Assembly (NCBI GenBank): GCA_051294905.1
Contig: CM119371.1
Span: 16,804,001 to 16,868,000, forward strand
Length of the DNA: 64,000 nucleotides
Direction: 5' to 3'
Source of the DNA: Botryllus schlosseri
Taxonomy: Eukaryota
Below the pieces are notes generated by a model. The model saw nothing but the letters and a program-made list of their open reading frames with translations, had not been told where the DNA came from and did not search any database. Position 1 is the stretch's first letter. Every line of letters starts with the position of its first letter. Position numbers and translations under genes: made by a program. Below are positions 49,588 through 63,578 of this stretch, piece by piece.

Positions 49588-50597
49588 GCTATAGGCAAAG
49601 TCAGCTGTACCGATAGTCATAACAAGAGAGAGGGAAAATCAAATTATATAATAATGTACGGAAGACAACACTCATCAATTGATAAAATCAAATCAATATT
49701 GATCGACAATGGATATCCTGATTACGCATTTGAATCTGCCATCACAAAGAAAATGTGGCAATTCAAACAGCAGCGGATTCATGGACCAGACGAATGCCCT
49801 ATACATCTCCTATGGCTTAGGTCAGTGTCAGACGGCTTTTCTAATCAGATCCGGTCATTAGTGCAATCGTACTATTTTATGCTGATTAACCGAGTGGTGT
49901 TCATGACTAGACCGTTCATGCCTCAAACCCGCAAGGATTTTCTTCCTGCTTGACAAACAAGTAATATTGTGTATAAATTCCAATGCCACTGTGATTGATT
50001 GTATGTGGGTCGCACTTCTTTGCGGTTGGCAGAACGAGTGAACCAACATGTGCCTAAATCGATTAGGTCAGCAAACAAACCTATCGATCGTTCTGCACTT
50101 CTTCGTTGGTGTAGGGAAGCGGTTGACTTTACTTCCAATAACCAGGTCTCGCGTTTAACTCTGCAATCGGTCAACATTTAATGAACTACCCGGTGTGTGC
50201 CAGTCATTACAGTGACAGTATGTTTGTTCACTGTGATTGCTAAATGCAGATCTGCCTTCCATCTGTCTGTCTTGGAATTCTATATAAAGAGTTTCTATGT
50301 AATCTTATATTTTCCCATTAATTTATACTGCTAATTGTCTTTGTGTTGTCTTCCGTGTATTGTTGTATAATTTGATTTTCTCTCTCTCTTGTTATGACTA
50401 TCGGGATCGGTACCGCTGACTTTGCCTAGCGTACATTCTTTTAAATATTGCATTATTACGTCGTACTTTGCCAATTTGGTTTACGTTTGAATCTCTTTCT
50501 GTATGCTTGTTATTGTGTCGTTAACTCTCGATTACGGGCACACGAAAGGTCTTGGAGTTAATAAATTATTTACTGCAATGAATGTAGTTGTGAAGGC
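49588..50597 (+). mobile_element. 5'-truncated Penelope-like element (RT thumb/linker plus GIY-YIG endonuclease) with inverted pLTRs
   Basis: IKSILIDNGYP...SNIVYKFQCHCD*LYVGRTSLRLAERVNQH...SAIGQHL. The 3' region 50366-50597 is mirrored by 49588-49650 plus about 47585-47765. Confidence 0.85.
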
Positions 50598-52735
50598 AAT
50601 ACTCAAGTTTAGTACCGCCAACCATATTTTCAAGAACTCTATGTGCATGCTTTTGAATTAGCTTGACGGTCAGATCCAGAGGTAGTCCAGCTACCATTAA
50701 ATTTTCTTTAAAAGTATCCTATACTGGGATGTTTTCATGCGGCTCCATACGTACTCTGAAGTTTGAAAAGCAGCTACGACTTCCAAAACGGCCGAGAACC
50801 ACTGGTTTAGAGACATCATGGTTCACCTGAGACATCGCAAAACTGAATGTCAAATTGCTGCTAACAGATTTCAACGTACCTAATTGATTTAAATACTAAA
50901 ACATAACCCATTCCTGGTAACTTATCATAAGCGCAAGTTATTCGACACAAGACGCTTGTATAATCGGCATTTACGCATGTAGCCTACTATGTAATTACGG
51001 ACTTGTGTAAGAGTTAACATTTGGGTACGTATTATACATGGTAAATTACAGTATAGTGTAAAATACCTATCTCTACTAATATTATTTAACATGTTGACTT
51101 TTAGGTTATATGCATTACTGAGGCGCGAGTTGACTTTTAGATTTATTTTCTATCCTGTTGCTAACGGTCACTAGAAAGAATCAGTTTACGACCATCGAGA
51201 ATAATGCATAAATGTTAGATCCAGGGTCGGATTTATGTCTCGCGAGCCGTATATGTCTCTCTTGAGGATATGGTATGGCTCTTTGATCAATTCATAATTT
51301 GCCACTAATTCGTATCTCATTCATCAATATTGCTGAATCTCTTCGTGAATTTTCATAACGACTGAAATTATTATGCTTGTGGTAGCTGAGACAAAAACAT
51401 CTTTGTAGGGATAAAAAGTGGCATATATGCAGGGCATTTTATGGTTGCGGAAACCTCCTTTTTTAAATTAGAAAAAATCCGCTGGCAATCGCTGATTTAC
51501 CAGTCCAATAAGCTGTACTGGATTTTTTCTGGATATGGATCAGAGAAATCTTATCCGTCGAGCTGGATGCAAAATTCGCATATAGTTGCAGAAACAAAGA
51601 TGACATCGTACATGTAATCTTGCTATATCATAATTCGCTGTACGCAACTGTCGCAACATCGTACGACTTGAAATTAGGGTTGACCATGGACCGGAGCCGG
51701 ATTGGATATCCAACCGGACTTTTTGACTTTTCGCCGGAACCGGGTCAGAGTCGGATCAGTACTTTTTGGATACGAACAGAATCTCAATTGATAAGCATCA
51801 CTTTTGTAACTAAATAACTGCCAACCACACCCTAATAACCGCCAAGTCAGTGCAAGCATAAACGAGACATATTTAAAAATTCACGGAACAACCGTACCGT
51901 ACGGAATTTGTGTCTGGTCATCACAACACTCATTTTCTGACTAGGCATTTTCCCTCCTAATATTCTATTTTCGTTGTGCAGTGAAATGGCTTGTGTTATC
52001 AAAGACAGCAAATGCTCTTTATGCAGAAGAGAAACTGAAAGTGGAGGATATAAAGGTCAGTGAAAGTGAAGTACTGAATAATAATTTTACCTTAATCAAT
52101 AGCACCTGGAAAGGTAACTACTCTAGATTTGTTTCGAGTCGGCAGTGTAACGGATGGCTCATTCAAATTTCAAACAACAGAAAGCTGAGTGGCACATCAC
52201 ATTTATGAACGCATATTCAAGATAGATGCATTGTATCCGAATAGGGCATCATGGCAATGTTCGATGTCTTACTTTGTGAGAAACAAAATTATCTGCTCCG
52301 TTGCAAAGTAATGCCACGGTCCAATTACTTGAAGCAGAGAAGTCATATATTGTGACGGATTTTATACCATCATGTCATCCAGATTATGCTGTTGGAATAG
52401 AACTACTAAGTGGTGATGCTGGAGAGAATAAAAGAAATTCCCGCATTTTGAAATAGGCTATCAACGAATATGGTGTGATTGCGTTCACCAAGGACATGTG
52501 GACTAATATCACTGACTGAAAGGAAAGGAAGCAGGATAGACCGGCTTTCTGGTCACCTTTTATAAAGAAGCAAGCTCTCAAGATATGGAAAATAAAGATC
52601 CCATACCTTTCCCCAAAAAAACAAATAACTGGTAATTTCAGTCGGGCGAAAAAATATTTCTCTACTTATACCGATCAACATTGAGCTTTTCTTCAATACA
52701 AGCATCTGATGCTGCCAGTGAGTGACTATTTAGTA

Positions 52736-53587
52736 CAGTGGTTCTCAACCGGGGGTCCGCGAACCCCTGGGGGTCAACGAAGCATTTTCAGGGGGGTCGA
52801 GAAAAGTTGCAAAATGACTGATAGCAAATTTGTAACACTTTTAAATTAGGGAAATCACGAAACAGTTTTGTTTCAAGACCGCTAATGCTTCAGTAAGCAT
52901 ATCAACAGAATGGTCGCATGAGTTTTAATATCATACTGTGTAAACTCATTTTAATTGCCAATAGCCTACTGACACAAACATACTGGTGTTTAAAGATGTT
53001 TTTTGCAGTTTGTTGAAAATATCTTTTCTAGTCTGTGTAAAAAAAGGGATTAAAACCTCATCACGAAATCTCTTTTGTCCTGTGATATGCATATTTGCTA
53101 TTTTAGAATATATTGAAGATGAGCTACTATATAGAAATACCTAGTTTGGACGTATTAACTTCATTGAAAAAATCAGTTTCTCAATTTTGGTGACATATGT
53201 TTCGATTGTGCTCAAATGTGTCGTCGGAAGCGTCAGGCAGTAATATTACATTCGCTGCCTCTATGGAAATGGATTTTCGGCAATCGTTCATGTCAAATCG
53301 AAGGCGTGAATTTTTAAGACGCGGCTATATAATTCAAGAAATAGGAAGTTCAGCTGCAGAATTCCCTTCGAGATAATAACAGTTCACCCATATTATAGCC
53401 TATAGCCTTACTTTCATGAACAGTCATTTTGTTCCCGTTTACCACTAGCTTTGAGTTGGTATTTACACCACACAGATGGCGGTTACACGATAATTGAGCT
53501 AAATCTGAACTAAAACTTGAGGGGGTCTGCCGGGCTCCGTCATGGTCCAAAAGGGGTCCGCAAGGACAAAAAGGATGAGAACCGCTG
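52736..53587. mobile_element. Charlie/SPIN-like hAT non-autonomous element
   Basis: TIRs CAGTGGTTCTCA / TGAGAACCGCTG; perfect TSD ATTTAGTA. A related piece at about 55775-56205 encodes FTYLCENGFSA (hAT C-terminal motif). Confidence 0.9.
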
Positions 53588-56500
53588 ATTTAGTACTCGT
53601 GGCAACGTCATTACAAAGAAAAGGGTAGCCTTGTCCTCTTTCACCCTGGAATCAATAGTTACATTTAACAACAGTTCATGGAAATAAACCACTCGCCCAG
53701 TCCAAGTTGGTATTATTAATTAAGATAAGGGTTGGTAGTTTAGTTTTTAATTTCTTGTTTGTTTTGTGTCATTCAATCTTCAACACCAACATGTGAACTT
53801 TTTATTGTCATGTAGTTTTGTTTCAATTTTCAATAACAAAATGCGAGTTTTTAATGTCATGCTTATTTTTTTGCAATATCACCTGGATCCACATCGTATA
53901 AATCACTGTTTATGTAGTTGAATAAAGATAGGTAGTCGCAGTCGCAGATGATTATTATCGGATTTTGCCAGACAGGATATGGCTCATTTTCAGAATCCGG
54001 CCTCGCAGTCGAAACAGAGAATTTGTCGATCCGTTCCGCCTTACTTGAAATGTTATATTACGGGATCGGTTGATTAGTCAGAAAGTAAGGATAACTTTGC
54101 GACGTCTTCGCTACAATGCAGTTTTCGAAGACAAATGATCTTTCTGGTAATTGGCGATAAATCGACTCCTTAAGAAGTGACATTCCTAATTACAAATTCA
54201 ACGTACAAATATAGTCACCCAAAAGCGAAATGCCGTTAAACGTAGGCTATTAGCTAAACGTTATGTTACCGTCAAAGAATTTGAGAATTGTGTGGTAAGT
54301 TAACCAAATGATATCGCTTCGATTATCCCCGCCGCTGAATTTTTTTGACTGCTTGAAACAACTGATTGAACTGCGCATCACTACACTACCAGTAGAGCAA
54401 TTGAGGGATGGCTTCCCTCGCGAGTGCTGCACTGATTCCTTGGAGAGCCGTGTTTAGGGTTGCATTTAAAATAAAAATCAATTTAAAACAAACATGTTTA
54501 AAACAAGGCCTTTAATAAAAACATGTTTTTTAAGCCATGACGTCCCCAATATTCAACTGTGACGTCATAGTGGATTAACATTTACAATTGAAAATATAGG
54601 GTAAATATAGCTCTTTTGAGGAAATATCTACGTACTACAGCTGTTGAACCGACTATTTTAAGGTTTCCAACCATTATCCCATATCGTATACGTCGCCTAT
54701 ATCATGTGGTAGTCGTCCGTAAGCTCATACAACAAGTTTTTCGGAAAGTATTTACACAATTATGGCATAATTATACAAATTAAAAAAAAGAAAACAATTT
54801 CGAAATCGAGTCGTCGCTAGGTATCGTGTATACAACTGTACATTAATATAGGCTATCACTTCACTGAAATGTAGGGTTGGAATTAGCAACATGACTTCAC
54901 GTGACGTCATGAGGTTCACGTTCGCGTTCACACAGACCCTTTCAAAAAAGGTAGCGTTCACACGAATCTGAACCTTTCAGACGTTCACACCCTCCCTAAA
55001 TTACGTTGTATACTAACCGATGTCCTGTTGGTATCTTCTTGGAAGGGGCATAGCATCTCGAGAAGATAAGTTATCATCATTCGGTTCTAGGACATTATGA
55101 AGTATATGTTAAACTCATATAGTTCGAATATCCTTGATCAAACACAAGTTTTGATTTGGGAGAATCTATACCCGAGTTTCAAATAATTTCCCAGCTACTA
55201 TATAGGCCTACATCCGAAGTTCGAAAATGTCAGTGTCCATTATCCCTCCATACAAAAAGTGTAGGCCTACCACGAAATAGCAAGTTATAGTATATTTAAG
55301 TCAGTGTACGTTGTATCCTCACCAGTGTCCTGTTGGACTCTTGGTATAATCGGCGGAGCTCGAGGAGATGTGATATCGTCATTCGGTCCTGGAACATAAC
55401 GAAATGTATGTTAAACTCACATATATCGGATATCCTTGTTCGAACACAAATTTTGGGTAGAGAGATGCTATATCAGTTGTCTATCAATCAAAGTTTACTT
55501 TTTGATGTATTTTCTTTTTCGTAAAGAACGCCTGTTACAAAGAATTTGTTTTTCGAGGATTGAGAACAACTGACACACTTTTAGATCAATACGAACAGAA
55601 AAGAAATCGATGCTCTCTAAATAGTGTACCATAATTACAATTCCAAACGCACATCCTATATCGATCATATTTGTACCGTTACTCTAAGAGGATCTTAGTT
55701 CTGTTGGTCGAACTGGACGAAGTAAAGTGTTCTACTGTTCAAACACAATTTTTGAGTTGAGACAGCCTACATAAAAAATCAGTTTCTCAATTTTGGTGTC
55801 GTATATGTTGCGATCATCCCTTAAGATGTTTTCGGGACCGGTACGCGTTGTAATTACATTAGCTTTCACATATCTTTGTGAAAATGGATTTTCGGCACCA
55901 CTCGTTCATATCAAATCGACGGCGCAGATTTTCAAGGCATTACCACATATGTCAAGCAATGAAGCTGCAAAATTCACGTTAAAATAATAAAAGCCCGCCA
56001 AAATTGTACAAACAGTATATAATGTTATCTACAAAAAACGTCATGGTGTTGCTGTTTATCACTATATGCTAGAGTTAATATTTGCACAAGACTGATGACG
56101 ATTTCAGGATAATTGAGCTGAATTTTTCCCAACGGCTGTGGGGTTAACGGGACTCTGTAGCGGTACAAGATGTGTCAGGCACGACAAAAAGGTTGAGAAC
56201 GACTGGATACCGTATCTGGTGAAACGCTTGGAATCGAAATACTGTACAATACAACTCACCTGTAGATTGTACGTTTGTGCGATCACTGCCAATTACTGCA
56301 GCATATGACAGCTGTACTTTATTTATTACTCGAAAGCACGGTAATTTTACTGCATTGCCTGCCTTTATCCATGACAATGGAACGAATAATTAAGTTTTCG
56401 CTTAATTCGGACAACGAGGGTACTCCACTTAATTCAGCCAAAAGTGAGTATACAAAATTTTATCACTGTTATTAGAGCTCCATCATATATTTTGATACTT

Positions 56501-57655
56501 CGCAAGGTTGGCGTGATATTATGAAGTGTTGTCTTAACTGTGATGTTTTTTAACAGAGGGGCACAAAACGTTTGAAACTAACAGGCTAAAATTTACTGAA
56601 ACTTTGAAGTATATAACTGCAGTCTTACACTCTTAGCGAAAACACACAAATGGCCGAAAAGGGTGGTAAAGGAAAACCGAATTACATCGTGGTCATAAAT
56701 CCTTCTTGCATACGTAATTATTATTATTATTATTGATGAAAATGGGACTGACGCTTTTTGCCTGCAGGGCCCTGTGTGTCACCGACTAGAACCGTGGTTC
56801 TCAACCGATGTGTTGCGGCACACAAGTGTGTTATTTACGTCTCGAAAGTGTGTCACGAGATATGTCTTCGAAATTTTGAAATCATGCGTAAAATAATTCT
56901 AGCTATAGCAAACGATCAAAAATCCAAATCGGGCTCGATATGAAGTTTGTACATTTGACGAATGAAATCACCGTTATGCCCACAATCGAAGTATCGCGTG
57001 AATTCGCTTTACCCGACATATTGCGTGCCTTGAAGGCTGAATTCAGTTTTACACAATACGTTGATTGATCGCAGAGAAGAGCAGACAAGGAGGCGGCTGT
57101 GTGATGATGCAGTTTTTAAATCCGTATTTTCTTCCTAATCACCAGCGAGAAATGATTTCATTTTGAAGTGATGTTCGCGCCTACAAATTCGAATTACGAA
57201 TTACAAACATAGCCATCACATTGCGTTTGTTAGGTAGCGTGCCGGCACTGCCGTTAAAATGTGGGCTCGGAACGCAACGTTGTGTTTCAGTGCAGGAGAC
57301 GAATTTGAGAATTGAGAAGAGTTTGAAGGTATTATCCCTGTTTGTTGGAACTATTGAACTGCGGGTAACTGCCCCTGCCAATAGAACTATTAAGGTTTTG
57401 CTATCCTCAATAGTGCTACACGGTCTGCGTAGAAATGCGTTTGGCATCCACCCATGTATATTAGAGCTCTTCAAAAATGACTTTTTTTCTCAAATCGTAC
57501 TGGCTACTTGATAAAATTGTTAGGTTACCTAATTTAAACCTACACACAAAATTTGGATCAATTCCAGCCAGTCACCGCTTTGCTACAGGAGAAGAAAGAA
57601 GAAACTAGAGAAAAAACTACGATTTTTTTCCTATCAAGTGAAATATTAAAGGGCA

Positions 57656-59324
57656 CAGAGATGGAAGTCGGGCCGGGCTTTTCGGGTTCGGGCCGGGTTC
57701 GGGCCGGGCTCGGGCCGGGTTCGGGCCCAAAGTTATAAAAATTATCGGGATTGAATCGGGCCGAATAGTCACTACGAAAAGCATTGACTTCATATACAAA
57801 TTTGATTTGCAATTTTGTTCGAATGTGGCACAACTACATATAAGATACACCAATACCTTATCACGTATAAGTATGGCAATATCTGTGAATAAATTTTATA
57901 CGAAGTACGAACCCAGATAAACTTCATTATAAGACGGCCCGAAGACTATGATTGAATAATGAAACAATGTCAGCTAAATAGTAAACAAGTGTCCCAAATA
58001 CGCCAGACATTGATCATTGTTCAGGCAATCAGGCCACATTGTGACGAAAACATGACTTACGGATGGATGGATTACCATGCTGGAGCCTGGATTACTACCA
58101 ATTTAGTTTTAATTTCGATGAGGCATGCTGATTGCTGAACTGAACAGCTAGAAGCAGGTGATGAGACGACGGCTTCCGTTGTGGCACAGCAGAATTGATC
58201 GATAGATGTGTTACGGCGGTGTTAATATTTATTAAAGAAAGCTTTTAGATGCGCCATAGTGATTTTGTCGTCCATGGTGAATTGCTTTAGGTCTATACGG
58301 AAACTAACTTATATTGTATTAGGCTATGTGACAGCGGTAGTATTGTTATATAGCAGTGTTGGGATCAAGTCACTACCTTCGAGTCACGAGTCATTTCGAG
58401 TCATTGCGCATTTTGACTCGAGTCAAGTCAAGTCAATCGATTTTCAAAGCTGACTCGAGTCTAGTCAAGTCACTCGATTTTTGGAGGTGACTCGAGTCAA
58501 GTCGAGTCAAGTCAAGTCAAGTCACGAGTCAACTCACAATTCAAGTCAAGTTGCCATTTCGAAGTATGAGGCATGATTGCATCATTGCATTTTGCTAGCT
58601 GTCTGAAATACATATTGAGTGGTCCCTGATTCTGAACCGCTAAACGGATATAGAGTTGAATATACACGCAAGAAGGCGCTGTATCGCTCACATATACGTA
58701 GAACTGGTAAACTACGTTGATAGTGACCAGCCAAAATAGAGAATAGAGAATTGATTGAGAACGAATTGATAAGATGCAATACATTACCCATTTACAAATT
58801 GAGAGACGAACCCGACTGTATCCAGTAACTGTTGAGGCTATTGAAATAATCAATTCTTCGTATAACGTGTGAATGCAACGCCCTTTGTATGGATGACAGT
58901 TGACTTGTATTTTGAACACACTATTTTTTTCTGATCTTGGCCAATTTCATTCCTTTATTTCTTTAATTTAGTTTAATATTGAACCATTTAATACAGTTCA
59001 CATTTTGCAAAAAGGATGGTGGAACTAAGTTAACAGTGGGGCTGTTTGCAGCGTATTCTCATTCAGATATATTAAGTTCTCTTGCCATATGCAAGATTGC
59101 TATCGAAAGAAAACAAAGTGAGAGCATTGAAAGCGTTGAAAAGCTCGAAATTTGAATCGTATATCAGCTTATTTGCTCGCAACAGTTGAAAATTGCTATT
59201 TGAACTTGGTATCGGGCCGAAACGGGCTCAAAACTCGACCGTCGGGTTCGGGCCGGGTTCGGGCTGAACTTGTCGGGTTCGGGCCGGGTTCGGGTCCGGC
59301 TCACCCGGCCCGCTTCCATCTCTG
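57656..59324. mobile_element. MITE with TCGGGCCGGG subterminal repeats; nested GACTCGAGTC-family fragment at 58354-58605
   Basis: TIRs CAGAGATGGAAG / CTTCCATCTCTG; no matching TSD, so possibly chimeric. Confidence 0.7.
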
Positions 59325-59329
59325 GACCT

Positions 59330-60700
59330 GCAAAGTAACAGTTTTCTCGTTGTTCTCGCCGTCGGTGAAGCATCTCAAAATTTCATTGTATTTTCTCTCG
59401 TGCTCACATGGTAGGTGGAGTCTCTCCAATTGAATGGATTTTACATTGAGGAGAGGTAGCAAACTTCTATAAAACACGTCAAATTCATCCACTGTCATTT
59501 CTGGGAAGGTAATATCGTCACTCTGAAAACATGAAAGTAACAGTTGATACTTTGTCCAGTTCGAATATTGGAATACTGAAAAAATATTAAAATGACGACA
59601 AGCATTCACCTTATTCTTATCGATAACGATATGCTGAAGACCATGATATAGAGTGAGTTTAATCCAATTTATCCCTTCAATCATTTTGGGTAAATCGACT
59701 AATTTGCTGAGGATCCCGACAACCAAATGCAAATCATCGATCTGATAATTTAAACAAATGATAGTTCAAAATCCTTGTCTTTTTCGTAGTGAAAACGTAT
59801 ACAACCTGAAATATTTTTGATGCCAATTTGCGCAATGAAGATATCTCACTAAGATTCAATGAACACCGATCAACTCTAATTGGTGGCGTATCCAATAGTG
59901 ATTGAAGTTCTTCGACAAAATTGAATCCATCGCATTCGAGATCCAATACCTTATAGTTCCATTGATTTACTGGCTGCAAGAATCAATCATATTATACTGT
60001 TGGGTAATATGCTATTTACGTGAGTACTATAGTTACCGAATCCTGATCAGTAGAGTTCCATTGCAACGTTATATCGTTGATCTGAATCATGCGCAGACCG
60101 GGCGTTTTAAACATGGATATCAACATCTCCATGTATTGCTTTCCTGTATTGAAGCGTAAATCGCGGTATACTTCTTGACTGTAGATTGTTGAAGTTGGAG
60201 ACAGTGTTATTTTATCCACCTTTCATGAATAGAATGATGAATCGACGAAGTGATATATCTTATTCTTGAAAACACTCACGTTTTTCTCTCCATTTTCAAA
60301 GATATATTGTGCAGTAAATTCCATATCGGAAAATTTCAGTGTTTCGCATCCCACTTTGATCATGAAAGGAACGATTTGATCATATGCTTCGCGATCTCGG
60401 TCTCTCTCGTAACTACGTTGCACTCGCAATAAAGCTGGATATCTTTGATTATCCTGATCATGATCAAAGAATGCTTTAGTGGATAAAACTATACATTCAT
60501 TGTTAATGATGATGAACAAACTTGCTATGGGTGGAAGATGATAACGCAATGGTAAGGAATAATAATTCATACAAAAACGGATATTACGTCATCAATTCCG
60601 AATTCAACGAAGATGTTAAATTCTCTTGTACGAACTTCATTCCAAGCTCCGCTTTTAATCAGTGATACCAAAGACGAAGAAGCCGTCAACACCTTGTCCG
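59330..60700 (-). pseudogene. Intronless disrupted gene of unknown family (about 450 codons)
   Basis: Four consecutive minus-strand ORFs (60223-60570, 60016-60219, 59734-59979, 59301-59732) abut one another, separated only by stops or frameshifts, and have protein-like composition. Confidence 0.5.
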
Positions 60701-60882
60701 TGATGAGACAAGACGTGTTGTTGGCATATTCTCTCTGAAAGATACGGTAACTTCATGCTACGTCGATACGAGTATAATCAGCATATGCAGCACTCGGATA
60801 TTTGTAACAATGAAAACAAAACAATCAATTGCTTTTTGGAGATACCGCAGAGCTGTAATATACAATTGAATTATATAATCAT

Positions 60883-61762
60883 CAGGGCAATTTTTTTTTG
60901 ACATGTCAAAAAAAGTCAAAATTAGGTCAAAATTGTAGCGTTAGGTCAAAATTTGTCAAAATTGTTTACAAAGTCAAACATTTTTTGACCTCTGCATTTC
61001 GTTTGTATCGTAGATTTTGCGCTATCGGTGAACTTATCATTTGATATTTTACAGCTTGTAGCCTACTTTATAGGCCTACCGTTGTAAACGGACCATCGTC
61101 TGCTCATTGTGAATCATAAATGGTCAAATGAAACAAATAGTGACATGGTTTTATGGTCAACGTACCGCAATATCCTAGCTGAAGCAAGACTGCTTGGACA
61201 TTGCATGGTTCTTATATCAAGAAGCGCAAGCTGAAAAATTGTGATATAGACAACATTGTCAGAATGAAGCAACACGGTTTGTCACCAGCAGTGTGCACAC
61301 AACTTGAGTGTTGTCAGCCAACAAATGCTGCTGTTGAACGTTCTTTCTCCGTTCTTGGCAAGCTACGTAGTAAGGACAGACACTTTCTACCCGAGAATGT
61401 AGGAAAGGATCTTTCGTTGTACTACAACAAATTTAAATTATTTCCACCAGAATACGTAATGTAACTACTGGAATTCTTCATAGGGCCAGATTTCGTTAAA
61501 ATATTAGTTTTTCATGTAAAAATCTGTCAGTTTTTGAGCCAAAAACGTTTTTTGAGGCCAATCTACTTTGTAAGGACAGACAGTTCCAACCAGAAATGAA
61601 GATAAGTAGTACAATTTTAACATTATATGCGAAAACACCTAATTTGCATACGTGAGGTCAAAATTTGGTCAAATTTCAGTTTTTTTAGGTCAAAAAAGGT
61701 CAAAATTTAGATTTTTTAGGTCAAAATCTTCCGTTTTTTAGGTCAAAAAAAAAATTGCCCTA
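60883..61762 (+). mobile_element. hAT deletion derivative with a transposase C-terminal remnant
   Basis: TIRs CAGGGCAATTTTTTTTTGAC / GTCAAAAAAAAAATTGCCCTA; perfect TSD ATAATCAT; AGGTCAAAA sub-repeats; PTNAAVERSFS...DR.F..EN at about 61310-61430. Confidence 0.9.
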
Positions 61763-63404
61763 ATAATCATATTGAAATGATCCCGGATAGCTTCGGGATG
61801 ACACTCGCCAGGGGTATGCCAAATCGTAAGCAACTAGTAGAGAATTCGTCGTTTCCGGGCGGTATACAGCAGAACCGCAATATACTAAAGTGATAATATT
61901 ATTGACCTAGTTCATTTATAAACTTTGAAAATTTTACGCCCTTGGCACGGCTACGTGGACCTCGCATTCGTTCGTCAATTGCATGTGGCCCTTTAGCCGA
62001 AAAGGTTGGCCACCCCTGATCTATATAGATTACTAATCTACCCGTAGGGTAATTATCTATACTAATCTAGCTAGAGTCTGTCAGCCATCAGTAACATCGG
62101 ATGCAGCAACGAAGACATAGATGCCGCCGTGTGACGTCATAATGAATACTTGTCAATTGTCGATAACATCATAGTTGCACTAGACCGCACTTTACGCCAT
62201 GCCATTGCTGTGTACAGCATTAAATATCTGACGCGGCGTTTTTTCACACTGGCACTGTACTCATTAACATTAAGCCATACAGCTGAATTAAATCTTTAAA
62301 TGTGCGATTATTTTTCAACTGTAACTGCAGTAAGAGCAATATGAGCGCATATCACGTCCTGATCAATAGAAATCCGATTTGTACCAAATAGCCATTGGTT
62401 TGACATTCGATATTGGTGCACTCGTTACCAGCCCATCTGGTGTCGATCAAGTTTATCGGAATATAATATTTTCCCGTACAAACGAATAGAATAAAATCTG
62501 AATTGGTGCCACGGAGAATCGGATGTTTCATTAATATTGCAACCTAATTAAACACTGTGCCATGCACATTGCGCTGTGCCCGTAAGGAATTAAACTATGC
62601 ACATTTACAAGTCACAGTGCGCGATAATTCGAGAATACTAGAGTATCAAGCATACATCAATAATGAATACACGGAACAGAGGATTATAAATTGGAAATCG
62701 TGTATCATATCAGTAATTTGTCTCCAACAAAAAATACCATGGGGTTCTGACATGGCGTTGAGTAGCCTAGCTCGCACCGCGAAAATTGTTCCCTGAGTGT
62801 AACGGCGTTTTGGGCTACTCTTCTGGCATCCCCTAGATACACCTGAAATCCTTGCAGAAGGGAATGACGACCATGCGCAGTGATGAATTCCAATTCACAT
62901 GCATAGTTGCATATGCATGCACAATAACACTGTCCAATTTCGCGCTCCTACTAAACAACTAACACGAAAGAACGAGAACGAGTATTTGCTCATTCGATTC
63001 ATAGCAACGATGAGATAGAATTTCTCGGCGCGTGCTCGTCATGTCGACATGTGCAACGAAATCACGTTTTTATTGTCCGTCCCATTTCGCGTAATAGGCC
63101 TACATAGTGATCATTATTTTCGAACCGTACAATTGGTCAACAAGGTTGTGCTGATGATGAAATTGCGGGTATGCCGAATACCCATAATATTCATAAGCAT
63201 AGCATACCGAGGTTCGGCACTCATTATGAAAATTGAGCATTAAACATATGACTGCTCTGCTGCTATATCCCCAGGAACATGGTTAGTCGAAAAAGGTAGC
63301 GCCAAAGAGGCAAATATTCTCAATTTCGTGAAGTCCTGCTGCTGAATTATATGTGAAATCAGCAGATATGGTTGTTGCATATATATAATAGCATCATATG
63401 AAAT

Positions 63405-63578
63405 ACGTCGGAGCTGGAGGTACTCCTAAAATAACTGGCTCCAGCTTCGGCCCCAGCTGAATTTTATGTACAGCTCCGTCTCCGTCTCCAGCTCCGGTGA
63501 AAATGCACGCCTCTGGGCTCCGCCTCCGGAGCTCCGGCTCAGGGCTCCTGCTCCGGGCTCCGACTCTAAAGCCCTGGT
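63405..63578 (-). mobile_element. MITE end of a GGAGCC/GGAGTC-rich family
   Basis: Reads CAGGGCTTTAGAGTCGGAGCCCGGAGC on the minus strand; a similar end occurs at about 44435-44562. Confidence 0.55.

Noticed and set aside
51981..52580. Exon-like segments with AG/GT boundaries
   Set aside because: In-frame stops and no recognisable product; no gene model could be built.
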